Part shown: positions 37,310 through 47,861 of the stretch, one piece after another | Layout of the letters: each line of letters opens with the position of its first letter | Numbering within the stretch: position 1 is the stretch's first letter | Made by a program: the position numbers and the translations under genes | The notes under the pieces: model-generated | Told to the model about the DNA's origin: nothing | The model's input: the letters and a program-made list of their open reading frames with translations, nothing else | The model's database searches: none | Assembly (NCBI GenBank): GCA_904063045.1 | Contig: CAJFCJ010000120.1 | Coordinates: 35,771-91,045, forward strand | DNA length: 55,275 nt | Reading direction: 5' to 3' | Origin: Dimorphilus gyrociliatus | Lineage: Eukaryota; Animalia; Annelida

Positions 37310-37790
37310 GGTTCATATGATAGAAGAACTTTTTCAGCAATGCTTCTTCCAGATGTTTTATTATCACTTTTGCAAATGGTTTTTAAATTTGTTTTTACTC
37401 TAACATCTACTTCTAAATTATCTTTTGTGTTGTGACTATGTTCCAAATTCCCTGTAATAAATATTCTTCCTTTTTGTCTTATCCTAGCTACACATCTTTT
37501 CTTCTTACTTCTCACATTGCACACCAAAATGTTATGTCCTTTTGTGCTCCCTCCTTTTACAAGCTCAAAATCATTCTTTGTTTCAACTTCTTCCAAATAG
37601 TCTAAGTCCATTGATTGGCTTTCTAATTGACCAGGATTTTCATCTGGAGGGTCATTTCTATTATCATTCAAACTCTTTTTATTATTTGCTTTGTATTGGT
37701 CAATTTCCAGACTAGTAATATTCTTAATCCTGACAGTACATTTTCTTTTGTTATATGATGTGCAAACTGGTATTCTATGTGTTTCTATGT
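37310..37790 (-). mobile_element. Truncated, internally deleted relative of the 8434-11142 MULE transposase
   Basis: Keeps the exon-2 acceptor (tag|aaacacat), QSMDLDYLEEVE, FELVKGGSTKGHNIL/VCNVRSKKKRCVARIRQ and SGRSIAEKVLLSYEP; part of FLYWCH is deleted. Confidence 0.9.
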
Positions 37791-37869
37791 TAATGTATTA
37801 AAAAATATAGTGACATAAAAGATAATTGAAAGGTGATATATCTGTACATTTCCTATGGATAAGATTCTC

Positions 37870-38215
37870 ACAAAAGCAGCATTTTAAATTTTTAATAAGT
37901 AGTAATGACAATTATGATGAAAGCATAAACACAGTGGTTATCAAAGGAAATATCATTAATGGAAGTGACATTGAATATGATAATGAAATTGAAATTGAAA
38001 ATTTTGAAACAATTCAGAATACACATATAGAATCTGAAAAAATTGAGGAAGAATCTTTTGACAGTTAAATATCTGCCAAAAGAAATTCTTCTGACGATTT
38101 TCATTTTAAAATTCTCCTAAATGGAAGTCAAAAAGGCAAAGAAAAGCAAGCAATTTTGCAATTGGGACAAACATTCATAGTTATTCATCAATAAAAAACT
38201 TAGAAACCAGGATTC
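37870..38215 (+). mobile_element. More divergent acidic-tract/FLYWCH-start remnant
   Basis: Acidic ORF 37826-38068, then FHFKILLNGSQKGKEKQAILQLGQTFIVIHQ*KT, resembling FEIVKGGSRKGHDILLNDGYSFVVKHKT. Confidence 0.45.
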
Positions 38216-38231
38216 TTATAAGAAATGAAAT

Positions 38232-41200
38232 CAAATATCAATGATATAAGGCCAAAGAGAGTAGGTTTTCTAAAACATTTCAAATGTCACTTGAAAAACT
38301 GAAAAATCTTTTGAGCACAGAATTTAAAATTCTATACACAGGAATTAAAAGAATAAAAGATCTTTTAGGCACAGCTTTAACAGTTGTCAAAAAATGCATT
38401 ACACAAAATGAATAAAGCCAACCATTCAATCTATTTGTTCTGATTGATATGTTAAAACATATTGTTAATTTACTATAATATTTCCTTAAATTTATTAAAA
38501 AGATCTCTTCTAGGGATCTATTTTTGTGCACATTCATACTCCTCAACATTGGAAGACAGTAGCGAACTCTAAGAAATAAAAGTCTTTCTAATGTACCTTT
38601 AGATCTAAAGTCAAATTATTTGAGTGAAATGAAATAGACATTGATGAATTTTGATTGTGGATAAATTTTGGATATGGCTCTCCACCAACCAACTTCAATG
38701 TCAATTGTTATCTTCCCAGGCAGTGCTATTCCAATCATGTTTCTGGCAATGTGAAATATAAAACATCTTTGTGTTTAAAGAGAATTGTTTCTGTCAATCT
38801 TTTACACCTTGAATTTGTGTCATTTTTACACATTTCTTTACAATCTACATATACAATTTTCCAGTTTTTCTCAACACCGTTTCCTCTCAAATCCCTTTAA
38901 GCAGACAGACATCTTCAGACAGCTAGTGTATTCCAGTCAATCTTTAACAAAAGTCATAAGAATTTCTTTAATAATTTGGAACCTGAAAGATTATTGCAAA
39001 AGTTGTGTGATTGTGAAAGTCTGTTATTTAAAAAATTATGAATATGTCAAGTGTTCAAAATGTTTGTGTAATGCAATTTCAAATGCTCATAGCAGTCAGC
39101 TATCTCCAGTATGCCCTGAATTTTATGATTGTTTATATCTAAAAGTAGGACAGATCAGTATATATGTAGATTCATTTTTTTTAAAATTGTTTATATTTTT
39201 TCAAAAGTTTGAAAATATGAAATACTTTATTATTTATGAATGTTTTGAGAAAACAACTAAACAAAATCAACAGAATGATTTACTTAAAATTGGAAATTTT
39301 TTAAGAAAAATTAACTTGTACCTTTCCTCATATTTCACTAATTAGTTTTATACCAGTTAATTTTATTATAAATGAGTCATAGATGTAGATAGCTTAAATA
39401 TACTTATTGTATTGTAGCTCAATCTGGCTGCTTTTAAGCTCAATACCATGAATTTTGACAGGGTAAGATCTTAAGCATTAGAGGTTAGCACAATCAGCAG
39501 AAGCTGGTAATCTCACAATTGGGCACACACTTGTAACCAGGGTTTGGCTAAGGAATTGCTACCTGCAGTAGCAGGTCCGAGCCTGAAGTATTACTGTAGT
39601 TCAACCTGTCCATAAATATTTCAAATTTAGTCTTTAAAGCTTTAGTTGAGAGTGAAGATGTTGGAATAATTTGTAATACAAAATTAGGAAATACCTAGTA
39701 TGCACGCTTTGTCTCCTTTCCTAGTTCTGCAGATAGGTTTGGTAAAATCTATCAAACAGTTCTCGACAGGGCTGTCGAAATCTCCAGTACAAGACTCGGG
39801 AAGATTCACCATTTTCAGAATCGTCCCTTTGTGATTCTTTACAACACAAAATTTACATCTCTTTAGGATGCTTTTGATCCCTATCATAGCATAGAGGAGG
39901 TGTAGTTTGTTGGCTAAGTTTGCTTAAATAGCTCTAAGCAAAGCATTGTTCATCTCATAGTATATCCAAAGTTTTATATCAAACATTCAACAGAATGCCA
40001 GTATTTTCCAAAATAGATATGTATTTAATATTCTGTGCTTTTATCTCTAAGCAAGCAGACAGAAAACTAAGCTAAAAACTGTTAAATTCATAGGGTTTAC
40101 ATACTTTCCTAAGAGTTTAACAGTTCACAATTTCAAATTTTCAAATTTTCATCAATACAAAGTAAGGGGTCCAGTAGTCTAGATGATTGCTCAGAGAAGT
40201 ATTTAGCTTTTTTTTATTGTATTTGTGTATACAATTGAGAAATAAGCAAAAAATATTCTTGAACAACTAAATGGTATTTTCACCTGTGCTAGTGTTGTTC
40301 CATATATTATCAAACATGACCCAGTTTTAAAGAAATGCCTATTGTTGATTCTTTTGAATAAACACAATGTCTTTGTTAAGATTGTATGACCTAGAGGCAC
40401 TAATACAGACACACTTTTAATACATATATATACACAGTTTTTGCTCATACAAAGTTTAGACGAAGAGTTTTTTAGCATGAAAAATCTTCTACTTATTATT
40501 TACTTCTTTCTTTTTTTTGCCGTTTTCATGGCTTATGCATTTTTTGCTGGAAAAAACATTCTGAAAGATAAATACGATGATAAAGTTGTATTACTTTTTT
40601 CTTTTTTTTTTAATAATTGATTATCATTAAACTAATTATATTTTTAAAATTATTAGGAATGATAATGCATGAGTATCTTCACTCTGCAAAGGATTTTGGA
40701 AAAATGAAGAAAATTTCATAAAAAAATAAATAGAATATTTTTATTTTAATTTTTTTGATAATTAAAAATACAGAATGAATATTCTAATGAAAAAAAACTA
40801 CTGTTTTGTTTGACAATATTTTTCAAGTTTAACTTGTCACTTGTATACTTCAAAGTAGTGCCATAGTCATATTTAGAAATTCTTATAATGAAATATTATA
40901 ATGACACTTTTTTGGGTGAGAATAAAAACATTTGACATTGATAGTTAAAGTTACTATAGTATTGATATTGTAATAAAAAACATTCAAAGTATATCTGTCA
41001 TTTTAGAGACTACCAGGTTAATTTTATCCTGTGATTACTATTACTTTGGCATCTAAGGTATGTTCAAGATAATTTTTTAGGCTCTATCAGTTTGATCTGC
41101 CTGCTTGTTTTCAAGCTGTACCCATTGTTAGTTTGGTATACAGTCAGTGCGACAATAATATCCATATATAAAAAAAAATGTTTGATAAAAGAGCTTTTAT

Positions 41201-42346
41201 TTTTAATTGATATTAAATTTTTTTTTCCTCATTCTATTTTAATACACAATGATTTATCAGTTTACCTATTGGTGCTCTTATGCAAGTCTGTCAGGTACTG
41301 CTCAATACTGCTCTGAGCAATCATCCAGCTTACTTGACCCCTTATCGAGACATAAACAGAAACTACTGTACTATGTTGTGTTGTGATCAACACCTCAAGT
41401 GTGTTGTTGGATTTTGGTATATATGTGTAGTTGACAATGATATTGACCAAATTTCTTTTGCCTTAGAAATGTAGTTGATGAGTGTATCGCCTAGGTTTGT
41501 CAATGTGGCCAAACTCTTCCTACATTATCATATTTAATTATTATAGTTAAGACAATATGACATTTTTCTATATCATTCATCTTCTATATTCCTAATATAG
41601 AAATTATCAACACACCAATTTTATTTTCACAAACAATATAAGTAAACATTTTCTTTATGCAACTTATTGGAATAAAATAATAATAATTTATCATATTAAA
41701 TTTTGTATAATGTACTGCTCTTGCTGGCAAAATCTATGCGTTTGCAAGTTATAACAATACTGGTTCTACTCGAACCTTTAAACAAATGTTTAAATTAAAA
41801 TGGTTTATTCGCAATAATAATACTTAAGCAAGTAACAATATGAGAGTTCGATAGCAGAGTAGATAGTTTGTAATAGCAGGTTGCCAAATTACCAAACTGT
41901 CTTCCAATGTTGAGGAGTAGATGGATGGTTCCAGTGGAGGTTGTTTCCAGATGATTTTCCCAGGTCCTTGGGTCCAGATGGAAGCTGCATGCCAAATGAG
42001 AATAATGAGGATTTATATACTTTGAGGTTTGTCTCTGACATCCAATCATCACTTTACAGTTGCCGAAATGTGTAGTTCATATTTATCTTTAGTAACAGGA
42101 TGTTACAAGGTTCAACATTTAGGAAGGTTAATTGAATTATAACTTGGCCACACCCTAGGCAAGTTAATTAAATTATAACTTGGCCAAACCTTTATTGGTA
42201 ATTAAAGATGAGCCTTCAAGCTGACTAATCAGACTTATGTTTGGCCAATGTTATAGCATTTTCTTGCGTAGGTTTTAAGATGTACATGTATATGTTGCAT
42301 AAAATAATAGAGTTCAAGCATGTAAAATATAACCAAAGTTGTACAA
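38232..42346 (-). repeat. Right arm of the 4.1-kb inverted repeat
   Basis: Reverse complement of 32892-37005; the match breaks at g37006/t38231. Confidence 0.97.
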
Positions 42347-43422
42347 TAATAAGCACATTCCTTTACAAATTCTTAATATCTTTCTGGAGTCCTATAGATG
42401 TCGCTTTAGTCAATTATTCAAATTTAATAAAAAGCAACAAAAAATTGCAATAATCCTTGAAAAACTTTAATTGATATTGTAGAAATTTTCTTCATGAACA
42501 ACTTGTAAATATTGAACAAAATCAAAGGAAAATTGAAATATTTTTTAAATTATAGTTTGAATTGAAAAAATTGTGTAAATTGATTATTTTATAAAAAAAG
42601 TCAAATAAAAAAATTTAAAGATAAATAAAAAAAAAACAGCTTCATTTTGCTATCTTACTAGGGAAAAGGATTTTATGAAAAAAATCATTTCCTTTTTCAA
42701 TCTCAATGGAAGAAAAAACAGAATTTTAAGAAAGGAGTCAAAAAGAAATCTATCTTCCTACTTTTCTTTTATCTTTTCATTTTAATAAAATCCAACTGAG
42801 TAGTGTTGAAAAGTTAATTAATAAATACTTAATATCTGAAAATAGTAATTTCCCTCTAATCTTTACACAATGACAATGACTACCACAGTTAAAAAAGAGA
42901 AAAGAAAATTTGAATAAATAATCATATGTCTTATTTCTATTTTTTCAATAATATCTATAATAGGATGACAAAGAGGTTGAGCAGTGCACTATATTTTTTA
43001 ATGTATAAAATATAAAATAACTCAATGAATATAAATAGAAGAATCCAAGCAATTAGTAGACATTGAACCATTACAATAGATATTGGATAAAGATAGAGAC
43101 AAGGTCCAATTTTTTTCTTAACCAACCAATCACAAATATATTTTTATCAATTTACAAACTACAACAAAACTCAAAATTATGAAATTGAATTCTATTCAAA
43201 AATTTCAAATTTTTAATATCTATAATTAATATTTTAATACTTTTCAAAAAAGAATTTTTTAAGTAAAGTCTTCTTAAAGATATTAAACTTTTAAATTGAT
43301 TTTTACTAATTGATTTTAATTGGTTGTCATTCAAATTTAATTCTATAAGATTTTTTAAATTTGAAAATAGAGATTCTTGAATTAAAGTTAAAAAATTCTC
43401 TGATAAATCCAATATTTTTAAT
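42225..43422 (-). pseudogene. LGR-like pseudogene (LRR, hinge, decayed 7TM), bounded upstream by the ~700-bp repeat
   Basis: LKILDLSENFLTLIQESLFSNLKNLIELNLNDNQLKSISKNQFKSLISLRRLYLKN...FEFCCSL*, then stop-ridden hydrophobic segments ending ...RNVLIIVQLWLYFTCLNSIILCNIYMY (TM6/TM7-like). Confidence 0.7.
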
Positions 43423-44136
43423 TGTACTTTGTTGTATTGTAATTGTAAGAATTTCTGCTTCTTCAGAACAGTATTCGTCCTTTCCAATCATTTATCAACT
43501 TACCAAAGTACTCACACAAATAGAACCTTTCAAATTCGTCCACAAGTAGTCTTAACAAATGTAATTTCGGTAGAAATTAATCAACAAAATGCCAGTATTT
43601 CATTTAAAGGATATGTATTGAGTAAATGACTTTCTAGTTCTAAATTAGCAAGTTTAAACAACCAGTTAACCATTAAGAACTGAACTGCCAAACTGGGGAA
43701 ATGTATTTCCTTTTATACATTTACCAAAGCTTGGGTTCACTTGGTCAAAAGATTACCAAGTTGAAATGTAACAGTCTCACAATGCACATATAACAAAGAC
43801 ATGAAAAACTATTGCATCACTTCTGGCTAAGATGTGTCACTGCAAAAACAAGCCTGCCTCTTTGGCATCTGTTTTTGAATAAGATGTAACAAGTTTGACA
43901 TGCATTTTTTCTATATTGTTTGTTCCATTGTTAATTCTATAATGCAACATCTTGGTCAAAGAATATGTTTACTACGAAATAAAAGCCTTTTTAAAGTTCT
44001 AGGCTCTATTTCTACTAAATAAATGTCTTTCTAAACTTCCACCATTATAATTGCTACGAAATAAAAGCCTTTCAAAAGTTCTATAATATCTAAGTCTAAA
44101 TATTATTATGTTGATGTTTCTAAGTGCAGATGTACA
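43423..44136 (-). mobile_element. Longest copy of the ~700-bp LTR-like repeat (TGTAC...GTACA)
   Basis: Bounded by tgtac at 43423 and tgtaca at 44131-44136, with three aaataaa(a/t)g(c/t)cttt sub-repeats at 43978-44075. An exact TSD is not evident. Confidence 0.65.
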
Positions 44137-44689
44137 TTTTAAATAACTTCTAGATAACACCAATGCCAAATGCTAAAAAGCCACTTTTTTAATTGGAAAA
44201 CCAAATTATCAAGTGAGTTAATTTTCATTTAATAAAAATCCTTTTTATTCAGAATTCTGATAGATAGGCTAAATTTTTATTAGTTTTCTTATACAATAAA
44301 GTCATCCACTGGAAAAAAGTCATTATTCTATGAATAATAAAGTTGTTAGTACTCTGTCTTTTGCTTTTTTTTTCCAACCAAATAAAAACACCAAACCAGT
44401 ATTTTTCACTTTTTGCTGGAATTTTAGAGAAAGTTTTTATAGAGAAAACTATAGTAACAATATTGATTAATTGATTATATCAACTTGTTAGTTGCATTTG
44501 GTTTTTATTAAGTGAACATCCATTGTTGGATATTGTGCAAAAATCAGAAAAACATTATTTGTTATTTAAAGTTTCGAATGTTACATATGGAAATGAATTT
44601 ATTCCTGTTGGCCATTTGTTATTCGGTCATTTGCTTTTCAACTATGCAAGCTGTGGCTAGTGAAGGTAGAGTTAGTTATCTATTTTGGC

Positions 44690-45330
44690 AGTAGGAGCCT
44701 TTGAATAAATCAATTTTTCATGTAGAAAACAGCATATTGTGTGGCTATGATTTGATGGAAAAGAGAACAATACCCAAAGATACATCAGTGAATGTAAGCG
44801 AGCTATTGATATTTTCTGGTTCTCTAAATAAATGTCAAAGTAAATGTTCGAAAAGAATTTCTTGCATGTAAGTAAAAACAAGTGTATTTGGCTAAATGCT
44901 TTGTACCAGTTTCTCTTTTATTCAGATCATGCAGGTATTGGTCTACAGGACTCTGTGAAATGTTTACACTAAATACAAGCTTTAGCATAGTGAGCACAAG
45001 TGAAAGTCTTACTATTGAATACAATGTAAAAGCTGATTGTGGTAAATTACTATATTCACATTGATCAAATTCTTTTTCATCATAATTCATTAACATAAAC
45101 AAACAAACAAACAAACAAACAAAAGAATATTGTTCATGAAATTGAATACACAAATATGCCACAGTTAATGTTGGGCGATTTTCAGACAAGATTATGTCAG
45201 TGCTATTCATGTTTTATATATCTTTTGTCTCATAGAACTGAAGATGACAGGGAAAGTATATTAAATTACATACCTGTATGTTTAATTTTTCTTTTAACTT
45301 TTCTAGATATGTATGTGACTAATCATTCTA
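44690..45330 (+). pseudogene. Possible decayed PAN/apple-like extracellular exons
   Basis: GSLNKCQSKCSKRISCM* and a spliced-looking exon RSCRYWSTGLCEMF...KADCG|gtaaat. A related decayed stretch lies at ~41280-41320. Family assignment is weak. Confidence 0.25.
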
Positions 45331-45825
45331 CAGGGTTTTCAATCTATCATTAATTTCCAATTTTCTTGAATGTGGTCTTTGAAAAGTTTTGATTGCTTTA
45401 TTGATTCCCAATAAAAGAAAAAGTTCTCACGAAATCTGTTAGGTGGCTCCACTAGTCTCTCTCAGAATAAATAGTTAAAATAAGAGATTTGGCAATGTAT
45501 AGAGTACACACAATAACCAAATTTCTTTTCATTGATTGTAGACAACATTGAATGAATTATAAAGACAAAATTGACAGTAAAACCAGCAAAAACCAAGGAA
45601 AGTAGGCTTAAATGAATAAAAAATGTTTAATCAAAGACAATAATCCTTCTTTTATAAATCCGAAATGGCATTTGAAATAGTATGTGAGGAAGGGAAGCCT
45701 TTACAAAATTTCTGTACTCTATTGGGAAAAAATTACAAGACAGATAATTTTTATTAGTAAGTTTACCTTTGTAAAAGTTTTAATATAAAATTTACTTTTA
45801 AATTTATTTCAACTTGAATCTTTAG

Positions 45826-46376
45826 CTTTTATCTTGACAATCTCATTAAGTTACCAATTAACATGCAACAAGACTATAGATATTAAAGTTACTTCTTCCT
45901 ATTCCGAAAATTATTCTAATGATTTGAACAAAGATGGCAGATATTTTCCAAACACTACAACATGTTGGAAGCTTACAACAGAAGATGGAGATGGTGTAAT
46001 GATAAAACTTATCTCAATGGATATTCAAGAATCTGATTCTTGCGAAAAAGATTTCTTAAGTTTTTTCCATTTGATAGCTTTCAATGAAACAAAAGAAGAT
46101 TATTGTCGATATTGTGGAAATTCAACTCTAGATTTTAAAGAATTTTCACCAAAAATCATACTAGCTCTAGTAGCTAATAACGATACAATAACTGGTAAAG
46201 GAATCACTTTTCAAGCAAAATCAATTGAATACAACAAAACTGACAAATTTTTCACATATTTAGCAGCTGCACTAGCTGTAATTATCATAATTCCTATATT
46301 GTTTCTCATTTTTTGTGCCATTTGTTGTTGTTTTTTCTGTTATTATATTTGTAAAGAGAAAATCAGTTACCGTTAG
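45826..46376 (+). CDS. Single-CUB-domain type I membrane protein with a Cys-rich short tail (first exon not identified)
   Basis: After acceptor tttag|45826: hydrophobic signal end, CUB (GRYFPNTTTCWKL...IKLISMDIQESDSCEKDFL...YCGNS...ILALVANNDTITGKGITF), TM LAAALAVIIIIPILFLIF, then CAICCCFFCYYICKEKISYR*. Confidence 0.8.
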
Positions 46377-46740
46377 GTTAACTATGCTCAATTTTTTGAA
46401 TAATACTCAACAAAATATACTTGAAGTTTTTAATACAATAAGCTTTGTTTTGGATCTTGTTCTATTAACATGTCTGCAACAGCTATCAACTTTACTGTGT
46501 ATATTTTCTGCTAAAAACACTTCCTAATGTCATTTTATCATTTTGACCACTTTCTTTTAATTTGTATCTGATTCTTATTTTGAATTTCCAAGTTATTATT
46601 TCTCTCATAAATATGACGTTCTATCCATGAAAGAAAGAATTATCTCTTTTGGGAAACTCTTGCAGGGCACTTTATGGTTTTGTTTCTGACACTGCATGTC
46701 CATTTTCCTGAAGGCTAGAGCTATCAAAGGAGCTTTCATT

Positions 46741-46780
46741 TGTACTTTGTTGTATTGAGATTTTGTAGGAATTTCTGGGT
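46741..46780 (-). repeat. Terminal 40 bp of the ~700-bp repeat
   Basis: tgtactttgttgtattgagattttgtaggaatttct. Confidence 0.6.
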
Positions 46781-47861
46781 CAGACCAAAAATATTTTTCC
46801 ACTTTCTATATTTGGAGCCATTTGTTGTGTGTTTTTTTCAGTGGACTCTCTAAATTTATTATCAAACATGTGAATAACTTTATGATTAAAAATTAAGAAT
46901 GTTTTTATATTTTGTGAATAAGAAAAGATTGTAAAAGGGTATTACTAAAACAGGGTAAGGGTTTGCCATCCCAGGAGAGACTGACAATTCCCTTAGGGTT
47001 AGGTTTTAATAAAGATTGAAGTAGACACTGCGATCTCAGTTCTGTAAAAGTTGAATAACTAGGGTTAGGTTATGCTGGGTTTAAGGATTAGGGATTAGCA
47101 TAATCAGAACAAACTGGCAATTGCCTTCTGGCACACACACACTGTAAGCCTATATAGGCCTAGAGTTTGTGTTGCTATGAAGTAGAGACTAAAAAACTTA
47201 AAGAAACAGTTCTTAGCCTAAGCTATCCATGTTTCTCAAATACACTGAGTACAAATTCTTCACAAGATTGAAGAGAACCTGTACTGCAATAGCCTACAAT
47301 TCTAATTTCAAATTAAAACCTCACAATATTTGCGGATTCAAGACTCTATTTTTCTAACAATTTCTTTCAAGATTGTAAAATATTTGGTGCAGTAGTATTT
47401 TTAAGATTTTTCAAATCAGACCAAAATCAGATTAGTATCACTGGAAATCAATTTTTGGGAAACATTGTCTAGACATCATTAAGACTTGAAGAGAAGAGTT
47501 TCCCATCAATATCTCAAAATGGATTTTTCATTCATTTCCATTTTCCATTGATCGTTGTCAATTGGACATCACTCATAATTATATCAATTTTCAAGATTTT
47601 TATTCAAAAGTATATGATGGAAATGAAAATGGTTTGTTGGCAAAAGTCAACTGATTTCCAAGTTATTTGGACCAACAGCTGACAACTTTGAAATATTTTA
47701 AACAAGAAAGACAATCAAATACAACATTACAAGGTTATTTAGATGGGGATAGAAAACTTTCTGGAAATGTCTATATTAAAGATGTAACAGCAATCTTAAC
47801 ATTTAACAATAAAATGTTAGAAAATTCATGTTTTTCATTCCAAACAGTGTGAAGAACCTGG

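Noticed and set aside
43152-43487. A novel LRR gene starting MERTNTVLKK
   Set aside because: The N-terminus is read through the inserted repeat; the true LRR remnant starts at 43422.
43417-44142. A TSD around the 43423-44136 repeat
   Set aside because: A ttaaaa-like duplication is offset by one base, so it cannot be claimed in such AT-rich flanks.
46605-46802. 65-aa ORF as a gene
   Set aside because: Partly built from the repeat terminus at 46741-46780; no motif or splice support.
46950-47100. TTAGGG-like motifs (also ~21915 and 52445-52670)
   Set aside because: Scattered and imperfect, with no tandem array; more likely parts of a common interspersed repeat than interstitial telomere.
47400-47850. 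Protein-like plus-strand stretch downstream of STAT
   Set aside because: Broken across frames with stops, and I recognise no family.
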